Source of the DNA: a virus | IMG/VR virus record: IMGVR_UViG_3300027744_000013 | Coordinates: 32,001 to 96,000 of that record | DNA: 64,000 nucleotides | Strand: one strand, 5' to 3' | Shown here: in pieces, positions 47,077 to 57,137 of the stretch | Layout of the letters: the number at the start of each line of letters is the position of its first letter | Position numbering within the stretch: the stretch's first letter is position 1 | The notes under the pieces: generated by a model | Database searches by the model: none | Seen by the model: only the letters and a program-made list of their open reading frames with translations | Told to the model about the DNA's origin: nothing | Position numbers and translations under genes: made by a program

Positions 47077-47295
47077 TTACTTTGGAATGGATCCTGGCAC
47101 ACAGGGCTGACGTGCAATAAACTTAATAGCATCCTCTTGACTCTCAAATACACCATAATCACATGCGGTATCACTATACTTGAATATATGCACATGCTGA
47201 CTAGCTATACAGTAGCTGATATGTATATAGTAGTCACGATCACTAACTCTGACATGTGCCAGTGTGACCATATTGTTCTTAGATATATCCATCAT
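47077..47295 (-). CDS. Hypothetical protein
   Basis: 72-aa ORF; no clear RBS. Confidence 0.4.
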   Translation of the reverse strand: MMDISKNNMVTLAHVRVSDRDYYIHISYCIASQHVHIFKYSDTACDYGVFESQEDAIKFIARQPCVPGSIPK

Positions 47296-47378
47296 GTATT
47301 TACAGTCATGCTAGTCTATATATACAGTGAACAGACTCTGCCACTGTGCCTTAGTGTGATCCAGTGTGAATATTCTTA

Positions 47379-47847
47379 TAAAAGTGTGATCTAGATCAGA
47401 CCACCATGCGTAGATGCGTCACTAACGGTGGTCATGGTTGACAAAAGTGTGGAAAAGTGCAATAAAGTGTGACACTTTCAAGGTAATGAGTCAGAATCAA
47501 GGCTGGCCCCCCAGCGTATAGGCACTGTAAAGAATGGTTCGGATCAGGCAGGGAGGCATAGTTAAAATGGATACTCTAAAGACCTCTACAGCGGGGCCTA
47601 CTGTAGTACAGGTCCTCTAAGCTAGCCCATTACCCTCGATCACTACAGCGGGGCCTATTGCTATGCTATACACGCTGTGCCACAGATGCTCAAACTGTTT
47701 GACTCCAGCGTGTATGCTGTGTATAGTATAGCTTATAAGTCCGGCAAAGCGAAGCGTTCATTGTTCTATATAGTCTAGCTACCATTAGGGATCATAGCAG
47801 TACTGTATATGCACTACGCACACATAGCAACAGCGGGGCCTTTGCTA
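47379..47847. repeat. Repeat-rich non-coding tract (AAAGTG x4, ACAGCGGGGCCT x3)
   Basis: 12-mers at 47588, 47645, 47830; another at 42076. Confidence 0.7.
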
Positions 47848-48061
47848 CAGTTAATACTATAAGGGATACTCATATGCTTGTTACCATGTCAACTCATGCA
47901 CACATTATCATCACTGTGTATGTCATTGTCGCTGTGTGTGTTGTCAATTGGCTTGTTGTCAATAAGCGTTAACGCCATATGGATAGCGTGGACTTTCTTT
48001 GTGCGTTTGCTGTATTTTTATGCTTATGGGCATTTATACTATATCTATTAGGACGATCATC

Positions 48062-48256
48062 ATGACTAGCTATACTGTACACAAGATACTCACACACAAT
48101 AGTTTACAACTGTTGTTGGTGCAAGGGCGATCCAATGACATGCCAATTGAACTGTGTGTATACAACGAACACACTGGCAACACTGTGATGCGGCTTACCA
48201 GCCCAACACTAGAAGCTTTTGAACGAGCCATTCAGCTGATACGTGATGCTGAATAA
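48062..48256 (+). CDS. Hypothetical protein
   Basis: AGGA RBS. Confidence 0.5.
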   Translation: MTSYTVHKILTHNSLQLLLVQGRSNDMPIELCVYNEHTGNTVMRLTSPTLEAFERAIQLIRDAE

Positions 48257-48430
48257 ACTAGAAGCTATTATAGAGGATCCGGGGTTATACCTGCTGACCC
48301 TAGCACTAGTCAGCTTGTTCAGCTTTGCCTTTGGACTAGCTATGGGCTTAGTGTGGGCTTATAGTTAACACCCAAAGTTAGTCGGGGCAGTGCGCTCTGA
48401 CTAACGCATGGAATTGATCTGCATGTTCGC

Positions 48431-48457
48431 TAAAATTTTTTGCGCGACCGCTTCGCG
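48431..48457 (-). repeat. Inverted copy of the 32379-32403 element
   Basis: Reverse complement CGCGAAGCGGTCGCGCAAAAAATTTTA. Confidence 0.75.
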
Positions 48458-48469
48458 GCATAGTTAGCA

Positions 48470-48976
48470 TTAGCTGCCCCGAGTCTTTTGGGTGCGTACA
48501 AACTCTTCAGGTGTAACCAAATTGATGCCCACACTTATGCGCATGTCCGTGCTCCGGTTAGGCTGTACTCTGTGCAGTATCATACCATCAAATGCCACGA
48601 TATCACCTGCTGTGGGTTGGTATCCTTGCCATTCCTTTAGTTCATTTTGAAACTCAATTTCACCTGAGTCTGGGGGTACTTGTACATAATACACTATGCT
48701 GATCATGTGGTCGCCGTGATAGTGTTCAAATGTTTCCTCTTGTGGTGCGCACACATTAATCCACCAACGATCCAACAGCATGTGTGGGTATCTGCTCAAT
48801 ATGTACTGTATAACCTGCCGGAATGAACCCGCGGCTTCTACTGAGTATCGATATTCCGAATGCCATCCTGTGGTGCGTTTACCCAGAAGTCTTTTGGGTT
48901 CGATACGTGTTTGGAACAGGGCTGAGTTGATCAGTGCAGGGTCCAAAGCATAGTGGGCTACGGTGTACATGCTCAT
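48470..48976 (-). CDS. 2OG-Fe(II) oxygenase-like
   Basis: WWIN, HYH, SIVYYV, LHRV.PN, RISVGIN. Confidence 0.8.
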   Translation of the reverse strand: MSMYTVAHYALDPALINSALFQTRIEPKRLLGKRTTGWHSEYRYSVEAAGSFRQVIQYILSRYPHMLLDRWWINVCAPQEETFEHYHGDHMISIVYYVQVPPDSGEIEFQNELKEWQGYQPTAGDIVAFDGMILHRVQPNRSTDMRISVGINLVTPEEFVRTQKTRGS

Positions 48977-49041
48977 ATTTACTTGACAGCTTATGCGTTG
49001 TGTGTTATAATTGACGCATCGCATACACACATAGAGGCACA

Positions 49042-49369
49042 AATGGAAGCTGTTCGTGAAACTACTGGGGGCTTATTTCCCGCACACACATACCTACTGG
49101 ATGGCAACAATCTTGTGGCCTATATCAAGAAGGGTGAAACCGAGCCCTACTACTTTAAACAGCCAATCAAGGGCTTCTCTAAGTCAGGGCGCAAGTTTGA
49201 CAGGGTCACTAGCACGGCGTTTACCATGCAGGTTGAGCCAGAGGTTGCTCTAAAGGCCATACAAGGGTCCAAGGGCAGTGTTTACTATGTTAACGAAGCT
49301 GAGGGTACATGTACCTGCCCGGGCTACACATATAGGGGTGCTTGCAAGCACGTGAAAGAACTAGCATGA
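49042..49369 (+). CDS. SWIM zinc-finger protein
   Basis: CTCPGYTYRGACKH; TTGACA-17-TATAAT upstream. Confidence 0.8.
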
Positions 49370-49761
49370 TGATTACAGTACACAGTCGTAATAGACTTTA
49401 CGCTACATTCGAGAAATGGGAAGTACCCAGAGACTTTGCTGACCCCATGGCCAACTATCTAATATATGGCTATGAGCCTGGCTCATGCTTTACTGGCATC
49501 TTGGCCAACGACTTTGTCAGTGCTATACGCAGTTGTCATCCTGTTAACTCAGTTGAATCGCTCAAAGCACTAGCGGGTTGGATACACAGTGACATGCCCA
49601 GACAAGCATATGGTAATTATGAAAGTGTAAGGGCATGGCTGGCCCTTGACGCAGAAGAACGCAGGGCCATATTGGAACACAACAGGCTGATATATACAGC
49701 TAGAGAAGAAACGTGGCTGGCCCTTAAAAATAGCAATGAGGAGTTTGAATATGAGCACTGA
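49366..49761 (+). CDS. Hypothetical protein
   Basis: GYEPGS...LAND; coupled. Confidence 0.7.
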   Translation: MMITVHSRNRLYATFEKWEVPRDFADPMANYLIYGYEPGSCFTGILANDFVSAIRSCHPVNSVESLKALAGWIHSDMPRQAYGNYESVRAWLALDAEERRAILEHNRLIYTAREETWLALKNSNEEFEYEH

Positions 49762-49975
49762 GTCAACTGGCATAACGGGCTTTATTGAAATCTTTGAGGG
49801 CCGTCTGACTAAGATGAAGCTACACCTTAAAACAGAATTGAGCAAAGACAAGCATGATAGAAATCGCAAGTGGCTTAAAACTCAGCTACGCGATGCTAGC
49901 AAACTAAAACAGACACTGAAAGAAATGCGTAATGCTAGTGCTAAGAAGTGTCCACATTGCGGAGAACGACTATGA
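49751..49975 (+). CDS. Coiled coil with CPHCG knuckle
   Basis: KKCPHCGE. Confidence 0.65.
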   Translation: MSTESTGITGFIEIFEGRLTKMKLHLKTELSKDKHDRNRKWLKTQLRDASKLKQTLKEMRNASAKKCPHCGERL

Positions 49976-50172
49976 ACGAACGAATTCGAATACTGGCTGA
50001 ACAGGCTACAACAACAGTATCAGCCGTGCCCAACGAGTCAATGCCCTGGACTTATTTCGATACTGAAAAGTTCGCCCAGTTGATTGTGCGGGAATGCATG
50101 TCTAAATTGTATCTAAATGGATATGATGATGCCATGATACAGCTTCAAAAAGATTTTGGACTTGGCGAATGA
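49972..50172 (+). CDS. Hypothetical (MNERI...FAQLIVREC family)
   Basis: Coupled ORF. Confidence 0.7.
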   Translation: MNERIRILAEQATTTVSAVPNESMPWTYFDTEKFAQLIVRECMSKLYLNGYDDAMIQLQKDFGLGE

Positions 50173-50537
50173 CTGGGGAAATCACAGTGGAGATGCTGGA
50201 CCAAACTATTCAATGGTGCAAGCAAAACGCATTTTGGGGCAAGGGTTCTGCCATACCTCGTATGCTGGACTTTTACTTTGAAAAGACTCGCTCCATAGTG
50301 GATGAAGATTGGCCAGAGAGTTTTACTTTAGAAGAACTTGCTCAAGCATTGGGAATAGAGCAAGTGCGTTATAGGATTTACTACAGTCAAGACAACCTCA
50401 CATTAAGACTGTTTGTGTTCCGTCCTCGATGCACTTGGGACGAACAAAAAATCATGTTGGACTTGGGATTTGTGATTGCACAGGATAACGACTCCAACAC
50501 TATTCCCAACCAACCTGTAGAGGCAGTTGAACTATGA
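50169..50537 (+). CDS. Hypothetical protein
   Basis: Coupled ORF. Confidence 0.65.
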   Translation: MTGEITVEMLDQTIQWCKQNAFWGKGSAIPRMLDFYFEKTRSIVDEDWPESFTLEELAQALGIEQVRYRIYYSQDNLTLRLFVFRPRCTWDEQKIMLDLGFVIAQDNDSNTIPNQPVEAVEL

Positions 50538-50637
50538 CACATACCATACGGATCACATGTCCACGATGCTTTTTGCGGTTCGCCTACACCCAGAAAAACG
50601 GCAACACCATGTTCTCACACGTGGTTAGGTGCAAAGA

Positions 50638-50877
50638 ATGAACCTAGCAGACTACTTTAAAGCTAATCGCCCTGAGCCCAAATATAATTTTGGTGATAGG
50701 ATTGAAGGCACATACAAGGGTATACCTTTTGTGGGTACTGCATATGGAGACAACATGCGCAGTGAACTGGAAGGCCCTATGGTCAGTGTGCATTTGGACT
50801 TGCCCATGATGATTGGATTTGTTTGGCATCATAATATACGTGTTAAATACGAAGACATCAAAGGATTGAGAAAATGA
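50638..50877 (+). CDS. Hypothetical protein
   Basis: ORF in operon. Confidence 0.6.
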   Translation: MNLADYFKANRPEPKYNFGDRIEGTYKGIPFVGTAYGDNMRSELEGPMVSVHLDLPMMIGFVWHHNIRVKYEDIKGLRK

Positions 50878-51110
50878 CTATCTTTATACCTGTGCTGTTT
50901 ATTTGCCTTAACGGCAACTGTGAATTTATGCAGGGCAAAACACACTACAAAAATGAAGCTCAATGTGTAGCCAGTTTGGACATGCAAAAACAGCATATGC
51001 GAAATTTGGTTAAAGAAGCAGAGAAACAAGGCACCAAAGGTGAAATAACCATTTTGGAAGGTACTTGTATTGATGCTGAAATCAAAACAACTCAGGGACG
51101 AATAACATGA
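50874..51110 (+). CDS. Hypothetical protein
   Basis: Coupled ORF. Confidence 0.6.
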   Translation: MTIFIPVLFICLNGNCEFMQGKTHYKNEAQCVASLDMQKQHMRNLVKEAEKQGTKGEITILEGTCIDAEIKTTQGRIT

Positions 51111-51304
51111 CTCTTGAAGACTTAGAATATATCTTTGAATATCAAATTGAAGAAGGCACAGAGAAACTGTACTTCATGCTGACTGATGGTGATCGTCATC
51201 CTGTGATACAACGACATCCTGCCGACGATTTGGCTGGCTTATTGCCCATGCTGGACTCGTTTCAATACACAGGACACAATGTGATGCCGAGGTTTAAGAA
51301 ATGA
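51107..51304 (+). CDS. Hypothetical protein
   Basis: Coupled ORF. Confidence 0.6.
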   Translation: MTLEDLEYIFEYQIEEGTEKLYFMLTDGDRHPVIQRHPADDLAGLLPMLDSFQYTGHNVMPRFKK

Positions 51305-51477
51305 AAGTAGACAGAATCGATCCAGCTGTAGCACACAACATTGAGTTGGCCAAGCTGACACAACAACAAACAATCAAACAGCAACAACTCAAAGTGATTA
51401 CTGATAGACAGGAAGAAATAAAGCAGATGCGTCCCAAGGATCCAGGCAAGGGTGCCAACATAGATGAGATGGTGTAA
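51301..51477 (+). CDS. 58-aa protein ending PGKGANIDEMV
   Basis: Read manually; ATGA coupling. Confidence 0.55.
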   Translation: MKVDRIDPAVAHNIELAKLTQQQTIKQQQLKVITDRQEEIKQMRPKDPGKGANIDEMV

Positions 51478-51479
51478 CA

Positions 51480-51845
51480 ATGATTAAAGGCTTAATGGGC
51501 ACCTGCGGAGTTACAGTATCAGGTGGTGATACTAGTTTGCCCTACGTTAGCGCAAATCCTAGCAACCCTGTCCAGGGTATGATACGTATTAACAACACAG
51601 ACTTAGAAGTATTCAATGGCACAGGCTGGCAATCACTACCCAGCAGTTATGCCACTGTGAGTTTAGATCAAGACACACAGGATTTATTGCAATGGGCCAG
51701 AGCACAACGTACCATGGCCATGAACAGACTTACCCTGGCCCAAAACAATCCAGCACTGATGAAGGCATTGGAAAAGTTAAAGAAGGCCCAAGACGACTTT
51801 GAGTTACTAGCCCGATTTGTAGAACATGATAAACTTTCCGCCTAA
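51480..51845 (+). CDS. Hypothetical protein
   Basis: GMIRIN..LEVFNG.GW. Confidence 0.65.
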   Translation: MIKGLMGTCGVTVSGGDTSLPYVSANPSNPVQGMIRINNTDLEVFNGTGWQSLPSSYATVSLDQDTQDLLQWARAQRTMAMNRLTLAQNNPALMKALEKLKKAQDDFELLARFVEHDKLSA

Positions 51846-52068
51846 TCAAGATTACTTAGAACGGTTTGACTATTCGATCAAAGTTAAATTAGGCAAGAGC
51901 TATTCACCGGAGTTCAAAGACTTTTATTCATGGTGTGACAACCATTTGGGTGTGCGTTACAAAGATTGGTTTATTGTCAGTGCAGGCAAAGACACATATA
52001 CACTTAGATGTCGCAACAACAAATGGGCAACCTTTTTGGTGCTCTCACATGTTGACAAGCTGGTCTAA
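51826..52068 (+). CDS. Small FxLxW-like protein
   Basis: WC...LG, KWATFLVL. Confidence 0.6.
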   Translation: MINFPPNQDYLERFDYSIKVKLGKSYSPEFKDFYSWCDNHLGVRYKDWFIVSAGKDTYTLRCRNNKWATFLVLSHVDKLV

Positions 52069-52480
52069 TGGCCGTATAATTACAGTAAGTAAAAGGAGCC
52101 AGTATGAACTTTAGAACGTGGTGCAGAGAAAAATGGTTCGAGCATAAAGATGAGCTTGAAGCCTATGGGCAGACTCCATCTTATACTGCCGACGGGTACT
52201 TTCAAATGTACAAGTACTGGCTCAAACGAGAATATCGACATCAACAAAGGAATGTATAATGGATAAATTTGTACAATGGTATCGCAGTTACAGCGTAGAG
52301 ATTACTTGGTTTATTATTGGCTGGCTAGTGTTTGCCGGCATTGATGCACTGTTACGTGAAAGTTACGGCTTTGCTCTGTTTAACTTTGCACTGGTATACA
52401 TCAACTATAGGTTATATAAAAACAATGTTTGATAGCCTGTTTATCTTATTGGCACATTCATTAACTTATTTAGGATTAGT

Positions 52481-52957
52481 ATGGCTAGCAGTTTAACAGT
52501 AGTAAAGGGCAACTTGATTGCCATGGGCAAGGCTAACGACTTTGACATCATTGTACATGGGTGTAATTGTTTTTGTACAATGGGCGCAGGTATCGCCGCA
52601 CAGATTGCACAACAGTTTCCAGATGCGAACTTAGCGGATGCTGAGACTGTACGTGGTGACCCTGGCAAGCTAGGTACGTACACAATTGGCATGAGTGGTC
52701 GATTGGTTATTCTTAATGCCTATACCCAATATGGAACAAGCAACACAGGAAGAGATGTATTTGAATACACAGCCTTTGAACGTGTGCTGGACAAGATTGC
52801 CAGCCGCTTTGGCAAATGGCGCATCGGACTTCCAATGATTGGTATGGGTCTAGCAGGAGGTGATGCAGAGCGTATCATTCCTATGTTAGAACGGTTTGCT
52901 GAACGCATGGCCCAAGCAGGCGGCAGTGCTACACTGGTGGAATATGTTCAATCTTAA
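52481..52957 (+). CDS. Macro-domain protein
   Basis: KGNLI, IVHGCNC..TMGAGIA, NAYTQ, PMIGMGLAGG. Confidence 0.88.
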   Translation: MASSLTVVKGNLIAMGKANDFDIIVHGCNCFCTMGAGIAAQIAQQFPDANLADAETVRGDPGKLGTYTIGMSGRLVILNAYTQYGTSNTGRDVFEYTAFERVLDKIASRFGKWRIGLPMIGMGLAGGDAERIIPMLERFAERMAQAGGSATLVEYVQS

Positions 52958-53195
52958 CTTTAACGTAACCAATCCGTGGAGTACACGTTGGCGTTTTCTA
53001 TTTGGTAAGTCAGGGCTACTAGCCAAACACAAAGCCTGGGAGTTTAACGGATATCGAACACATCACATAATTGACATCAATTTTAGTTTGTCATTTACAG
53101 GTGACCACCCGGGTGTGTCTGTCATGTTAGGGCTTGTAGGCTACAGTTTAGAATTAAGTATATACGACACACGTCATGGAGATATGAGATGTTAG
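52944..53195 (+). CDS. Hypothetical protein
   Basis: ORF in operon. Confidence 0.6.
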   Translation: MFNLNFNVTNPWSTRWRFLFGKSGLLAKHKAWEFNGYRTHHIIDINFSLSFTGDHPGVSVMLGLVGYSLELSIYDTRHGDMRC

Positions 53196-53599
53196 ATTGT
53201 TTGATCATGGGCGATAGCCTAGCAGTGGGTGTAGGACAGATTCGACAGGAATGTACAACTCGTGCCAAGAGTGGTATCAACAGTTACGACTATGTTAATC
53301 GACATTTATGGCACACTAACGGCAACAATCAGGCTAAAACTATTATTATCAGTTTGGGCAGTAACGATACTAAGAACATTAATACATTTGAAGAACTTGA
53401 TACGCTACGCCAATTGGTCAAGGCAGACCGTGTCTATTGGATTGTGCCAGCTATCAAAGAAGACAAGCGCAAGGCAGTATGGGCAGTGGCTAACAAATAT
53501 CACGATCATGTTATCGAAGCTCGTAATCATGAACTTAGTCCAGATCGAGTACACCCCACACACAAGGGTTACACTAGTATTGCTAATCAAACACGATGA
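53189..53599 (+). CDS. SGNH/GDSL hydrolase
   Basis: GDSL, SLGSND, DRVHP...GY. Confidence 0.85.
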   Translation: MLDCLIMGDSLAVGVGQIRQECTTRAKSGINSYDYVNRHLWHTNGNNQAKTIIISLGSNDTKNINTFEELDTLRQLVKADRVYWIVPAIKEDKRKAVWAVANKYHDHVIEARNHELSPDRVHPTHKGYTSIANQTR

Positions 53600-55011
53600 A
53601 ACCCGTAATACTAACTGTTGATCAATGGAAAACAATTCGCAAAGAGTTACAAACAGAACACCCTAAAACTATGTTTATGATTAGGGATAAGATGAAACGT
53701 GTATTAGGATTTACAGTCAGAGAGCATAATGAATGGGTAATAAAACCAGACGGTGGTTATGGTGAATACCAAATACATTTAGATTTTTATAGTGAAAACA
53801 AACGTACAATGTTCTTGTTAAAGTTTAGTGAAGTAATAGGGAATAAAGATGGAAAACTGTGAAGTGGGCATGTTTAGATTGCCGGGCCTTGTATTTGAAA
53901 AAGACCAATTGCCTCCTGAACTACTTGAGGAGATGATTGCTTGGGCCAATGCTGAAGGTGTTGGCATGAGCATGACTGATCGTTTGTGGTCATTTAAAAA
54001 AGAAGCACATAGAGAATGGTTTATCCTCAAATGGAGTGATAGCATTCCAAGACCAGATCCTAAGGATGTATGACAATGGCTTGGGCAATAAGTAACGGTA
54101 CTATTTACGGAAAACGATACTATACAATAATGCCGCCTATGTTTTGTTACAACTGGCCCGACATGGAACTGTGGTGCTATCAACGATTTGGTCCTACTGG
54201 CAGTCTATGGAAAGAGCGGAAGAATCTTGCGCCAGAACCAAATCAGCGTTGGTATGCTAACGACAGTAAGTTTTGGTTTCTAGAAGAGAAAGATCTTAAT
54301 TGGTTTGTATTACGGTGGATGGAATGAAGACAGAACAACGTAAACAATATTGGGGAGCTCTACATGCTGTGCGTAGCGAGTATAGAGAAGCTGTGGGAAA
54401 CAATGCTGAAATGACCGGCCCCACAATGCCTTATTGGGTAGAACAAAAATACGGACTTCGCATGGGTCTAGATGGATCAGGTAACTACACACAATACTAC
54501 GATGTTGTGGATCCTAAACGATTTTTATTTTTTCAAATAAAGTATATGAAATGAATATAGAAGAAGATATTATTAATCGAGCTGGCAAACGAATGGCTGA
54601 TGAAATAGACTTTCAAATTCTAGCCGATATGCTTTGTGAACTAGGGTGGCGCAAGGTTATACTCAGTCCAATGACATGGGAAATGGGACTTGAAGTAGAT
54701 GCGTGGACAGCAAAACATATCAAAGGCCCAGTTGAAAACATGGGATTAGTTTGGATATTTGAACAGGAAGAAGATGCAAATTGGTTTGCACTGAGGTGGC
54801 TATGATAACAACTAGATTTGAAGAAAGCGTATGGAATCAAATTGCTGATTACTATTATGATAATATACATTGGAACAAAGAGTTTCCTAACATGACAATA
54901 GATCGTTGGGTATTGGAAAAGTTTGGTGCTAAGGTTAATAGAGATGATCGTCTACTTGAATTTAATACCGCGTCAAAGAGAGATTGGTTTATACTTCGAT
55001 GGGGGATGTAA
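53596..55011 (+). other. Six tandem small paralog-like CDSs (53596-53862, 53849-54073, 54070-54327, 54324-54554, 54551-54805, 54802-55011)
   Basis: Overlapping ORFs with C-terminal F-x-[LI]-[KR]-[WFY]. Confidence 0.75.
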
Positions 55012-55625
55012 TGCAAGCACCAGTAATATATCCTTTATTCTCTGCGCCGGTATATGTACAGTTTGGGTTAAATCTTAGTGTATTAGACAGTACATTAACA
55101 GAATTAGAACAACTACCTGGCCTTGGTCCTGACTGTGGATTGAGCCAAAACATTGATGTATTAGATCGTCCAGATCTTGCTAACATACGCAAACTATGTG
55201 AACAGCATTTACAGTTATATGTGTCAAATATATGTGGCTATGACAACGATATACGTATAACAACCAGTTGGATGTCACGTAATCCCCCGGGTGTTGATCA
55301 TCCCCCACACAATCATCCAAACAGTTTGTTTAGTGGATGCTTGTATTTGAAATCAAGTCCAGATAATAAATTTAATCTGCATGGACAAAATCACTTTACA
55401 AAACACTGGCCGTTCACATATAATATAAAAACAAATAATATTTACAACAGCGATGATTGGTGGATTCCAGTAGACACAGGTACACTGGTTATATTTCCCA
55501 GCAACTTACAACATAGCGCAGGCCCTAACCAATTAGATGAAACTCGTATTGTATTATGCTTTAACTCTTTTATAAAAGGTACACTAGGCAGCTCAGGAGA
55601 CTTTGCCGCTAGATTAAAATTATGA
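55011..55625 (+). CDS. 2OG-Fe(II) oxygenase-like
   Basis: HNHPNS..SG.LY, IFPS.L.H, RIVLCFN. Confidence 0.85.
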   Translation: MQAPVIYPLFSAPVYVQFGLNLSVLDSTLTELEQLPGLGPDCGLSQNIDVLDRPDLANIRKLCEQHLQLYVSNICGYDNDIRITTSWMSRNPPGVDHPPHNHPNSLFSGCLYLKSSPDNKFNLHGQNHFTKHWPFTYNIKTNNIYNSDDWWIPVDTGTLVIFPSNLQHSAGPNQLDETRIVLCFNSFIKGTLGSSGDFAARLKL

Positions 55626-56122
55626 ACATATTTTTAGACATGGATGATGTGGTTGCCGCCTGGCAAGAACGAGCACAGGATATATTGAAGCTACGTGTTA
55701 ACAAAGACAGTGACCGTATTCCTCAAGCGGAATGGGATAAACTCAAAGAAGACCTGCGCTTTTATCGTGACTTGCCATTAATGGAAGGCGCACATGAGCT
55801 GGTTGGCATGTGCAAAGAATATATTGCTCAAAATCCGCAGTACACACTACGATTCCTAACAGCACTACCACACGACTATTCAATGCCGTTGGCGGTGTAT
55901 GATAAAGTACATTGGGGAGACCAACACTTCCCAGGCATACCAGTTACCATCGGGCCATTCAGCTACGACAAATGGCGACACTGTAAAAACTCAGGAGATA
56001 TCCTGATTGATGACAGGCATTCAAATTGCGAAGAATGGGAAGCTCGAGGCGGCAAGGCCCACGTGTATACCACTTGGACTAACTGCAAGCCGTGGTTAGA
56101 GAAAGAGCTTGGCCAACTATAG
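55622..56122 (+). CDS. HAD 5'(3')-deoxyribonucleotidase-like
   Basis: FLDMDDVV, FLTA, ILIDD. Confidence 0.85.
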   Translation: MNIFLDMDDVVAAWQERAQDILKLRVNKDSDRIPQAEWDKLKEDLRFYRDLPLMEGAHELVGMCKEYIAQNPQYTLRFLTALPHDYSMPLAVYDKVHWGDQHFPGIPVTIGPFSYDKWRHCKNSGDILIDDRHSNCEEWEARGGKAHVYTTWTNCKPWLEKELGQL

Positions 56123-56465
56123 TCAAGCCAGTAATGGCCCAATGGCCAGCCCAAAAGAAAAACGTGTAATTGATAAGTTTATGGTATTTGGTGATCGGGT
56201 ACACGAAATACACACAGTTATTGTACACCGATTTAGAATGGGCGATGTTGAAGATCCAGACTTGTATGCGGCTGAACCATTATTGGCTTGGCAACAAAGT
56301 GAAATGGGTGAATGGATAATGGAACGGGCTGTGGATACTCCAGAATGGCACCGAATGGCAGATGTTGCTAGTTACGGATACAAATATGCTATTGTAGCCA
56401 AACTCAAAGATGTTGATTACACTTGGTGGACGCTCAAATGGGGCAACACTGTGATTGACATATAA
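56109..56465 (+). CDS. Hypothetical, ends WWTLKWG (start uncertain)
   Basis: GDVEDPDLYAA.P. Confidence 0.65.
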   Translation: MANYSQASNGPMASPKEKRVIDKFMVFGDRVHEIHTVIVHRFRMGDVEDPDLYAAEPLLAWQQSEMGEWIMERAVDTPEWHRMADVASYGYKYAIVAKLKDVDYTWWTLKWGNTVIDI

Positions 56466-56488
56466 TCATAATGATAGTATAATACAGC

Positions 56489-56962
56489 ATGACAGAAACA
56501 ATCTTCTATATCAAAAAAGGTCGCAAGTACATTCCGCACAGTACCTATAGTTCGGAGTTCTGCGACAGCTTTCCCAAAGGCACACACTTGGTTGATGTGT
56601 ACCCTGGTGGATCAAGTCGTAGGTTCAACATTGATCCAGCTTATGCTCCAATGATAGCCGCGGCCCGAGTTGCCGAAGATGCTATTAGTAACAGCATCAT
56701 GGAGGCAAGTAAGTTGCGTGTTCCTGAACGTGATCAGCCATTAACTCCAGCACAGTTAAAAGCATGGAAGGCATTGGCCAAGGCATTTGGTAAAGATCAG
56801 TATGCCCTTGAGTGGTGTAGTTATAGAGAAGCAGCCGAGGCCGGTATCAAGGCCATGCAGGTAGAGGCAGACAAACTGTTAACTAACCCAACTGTTCGTA
56901 AAGCATACGAAAAGTTTTTATTTGTATCAGCACTAACAAAGGATCATACTAATGGAACCTAG
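56489..56962 (+). CDS. Hypothetical protein
   Basis: TTGACA-17-TATAAT then ATG 5 nt later. Confidence 0.75.
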   Translation: MTETIFYIKKGRKYIPHSTYSSEFCDSFPKGTHLVDVYPGGSSRRFNIDPAYAPMIAAARVAEDAISNSIMEASKLRVPERDQPLTPAQLKAWKALAKAFGKDQYALEWCSYREAAEAGIKAMQVEADKLLTNPTVRKAYEKFLFVSALTKDHTNGT

Positions 56963-57137
56963 ACATTTATACACTATTAAATGGACACAACCATATTCAA
57001 CGGCGCACCAACGCCCGTACCTGCGTGGCTTACACCAGCAAATGGAACAACTGATTGAACACTATCTTGAAGATGGTGAGTTCAGCGAAGCAAAACTAAT
57101 TATAGAGAGGATTAAAAATGCAAATAAGAGCAACTGA
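56952..57137 (+). CDS. Hypothetical protein
   Basis: ORF in operon. Confidence 0.55.
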   Translation: MEPRHLYTIKWTQPYSTAHQRPYLRGLHQQMEQLIEHYLEDGEFSEAKLIIERIKNANKSN

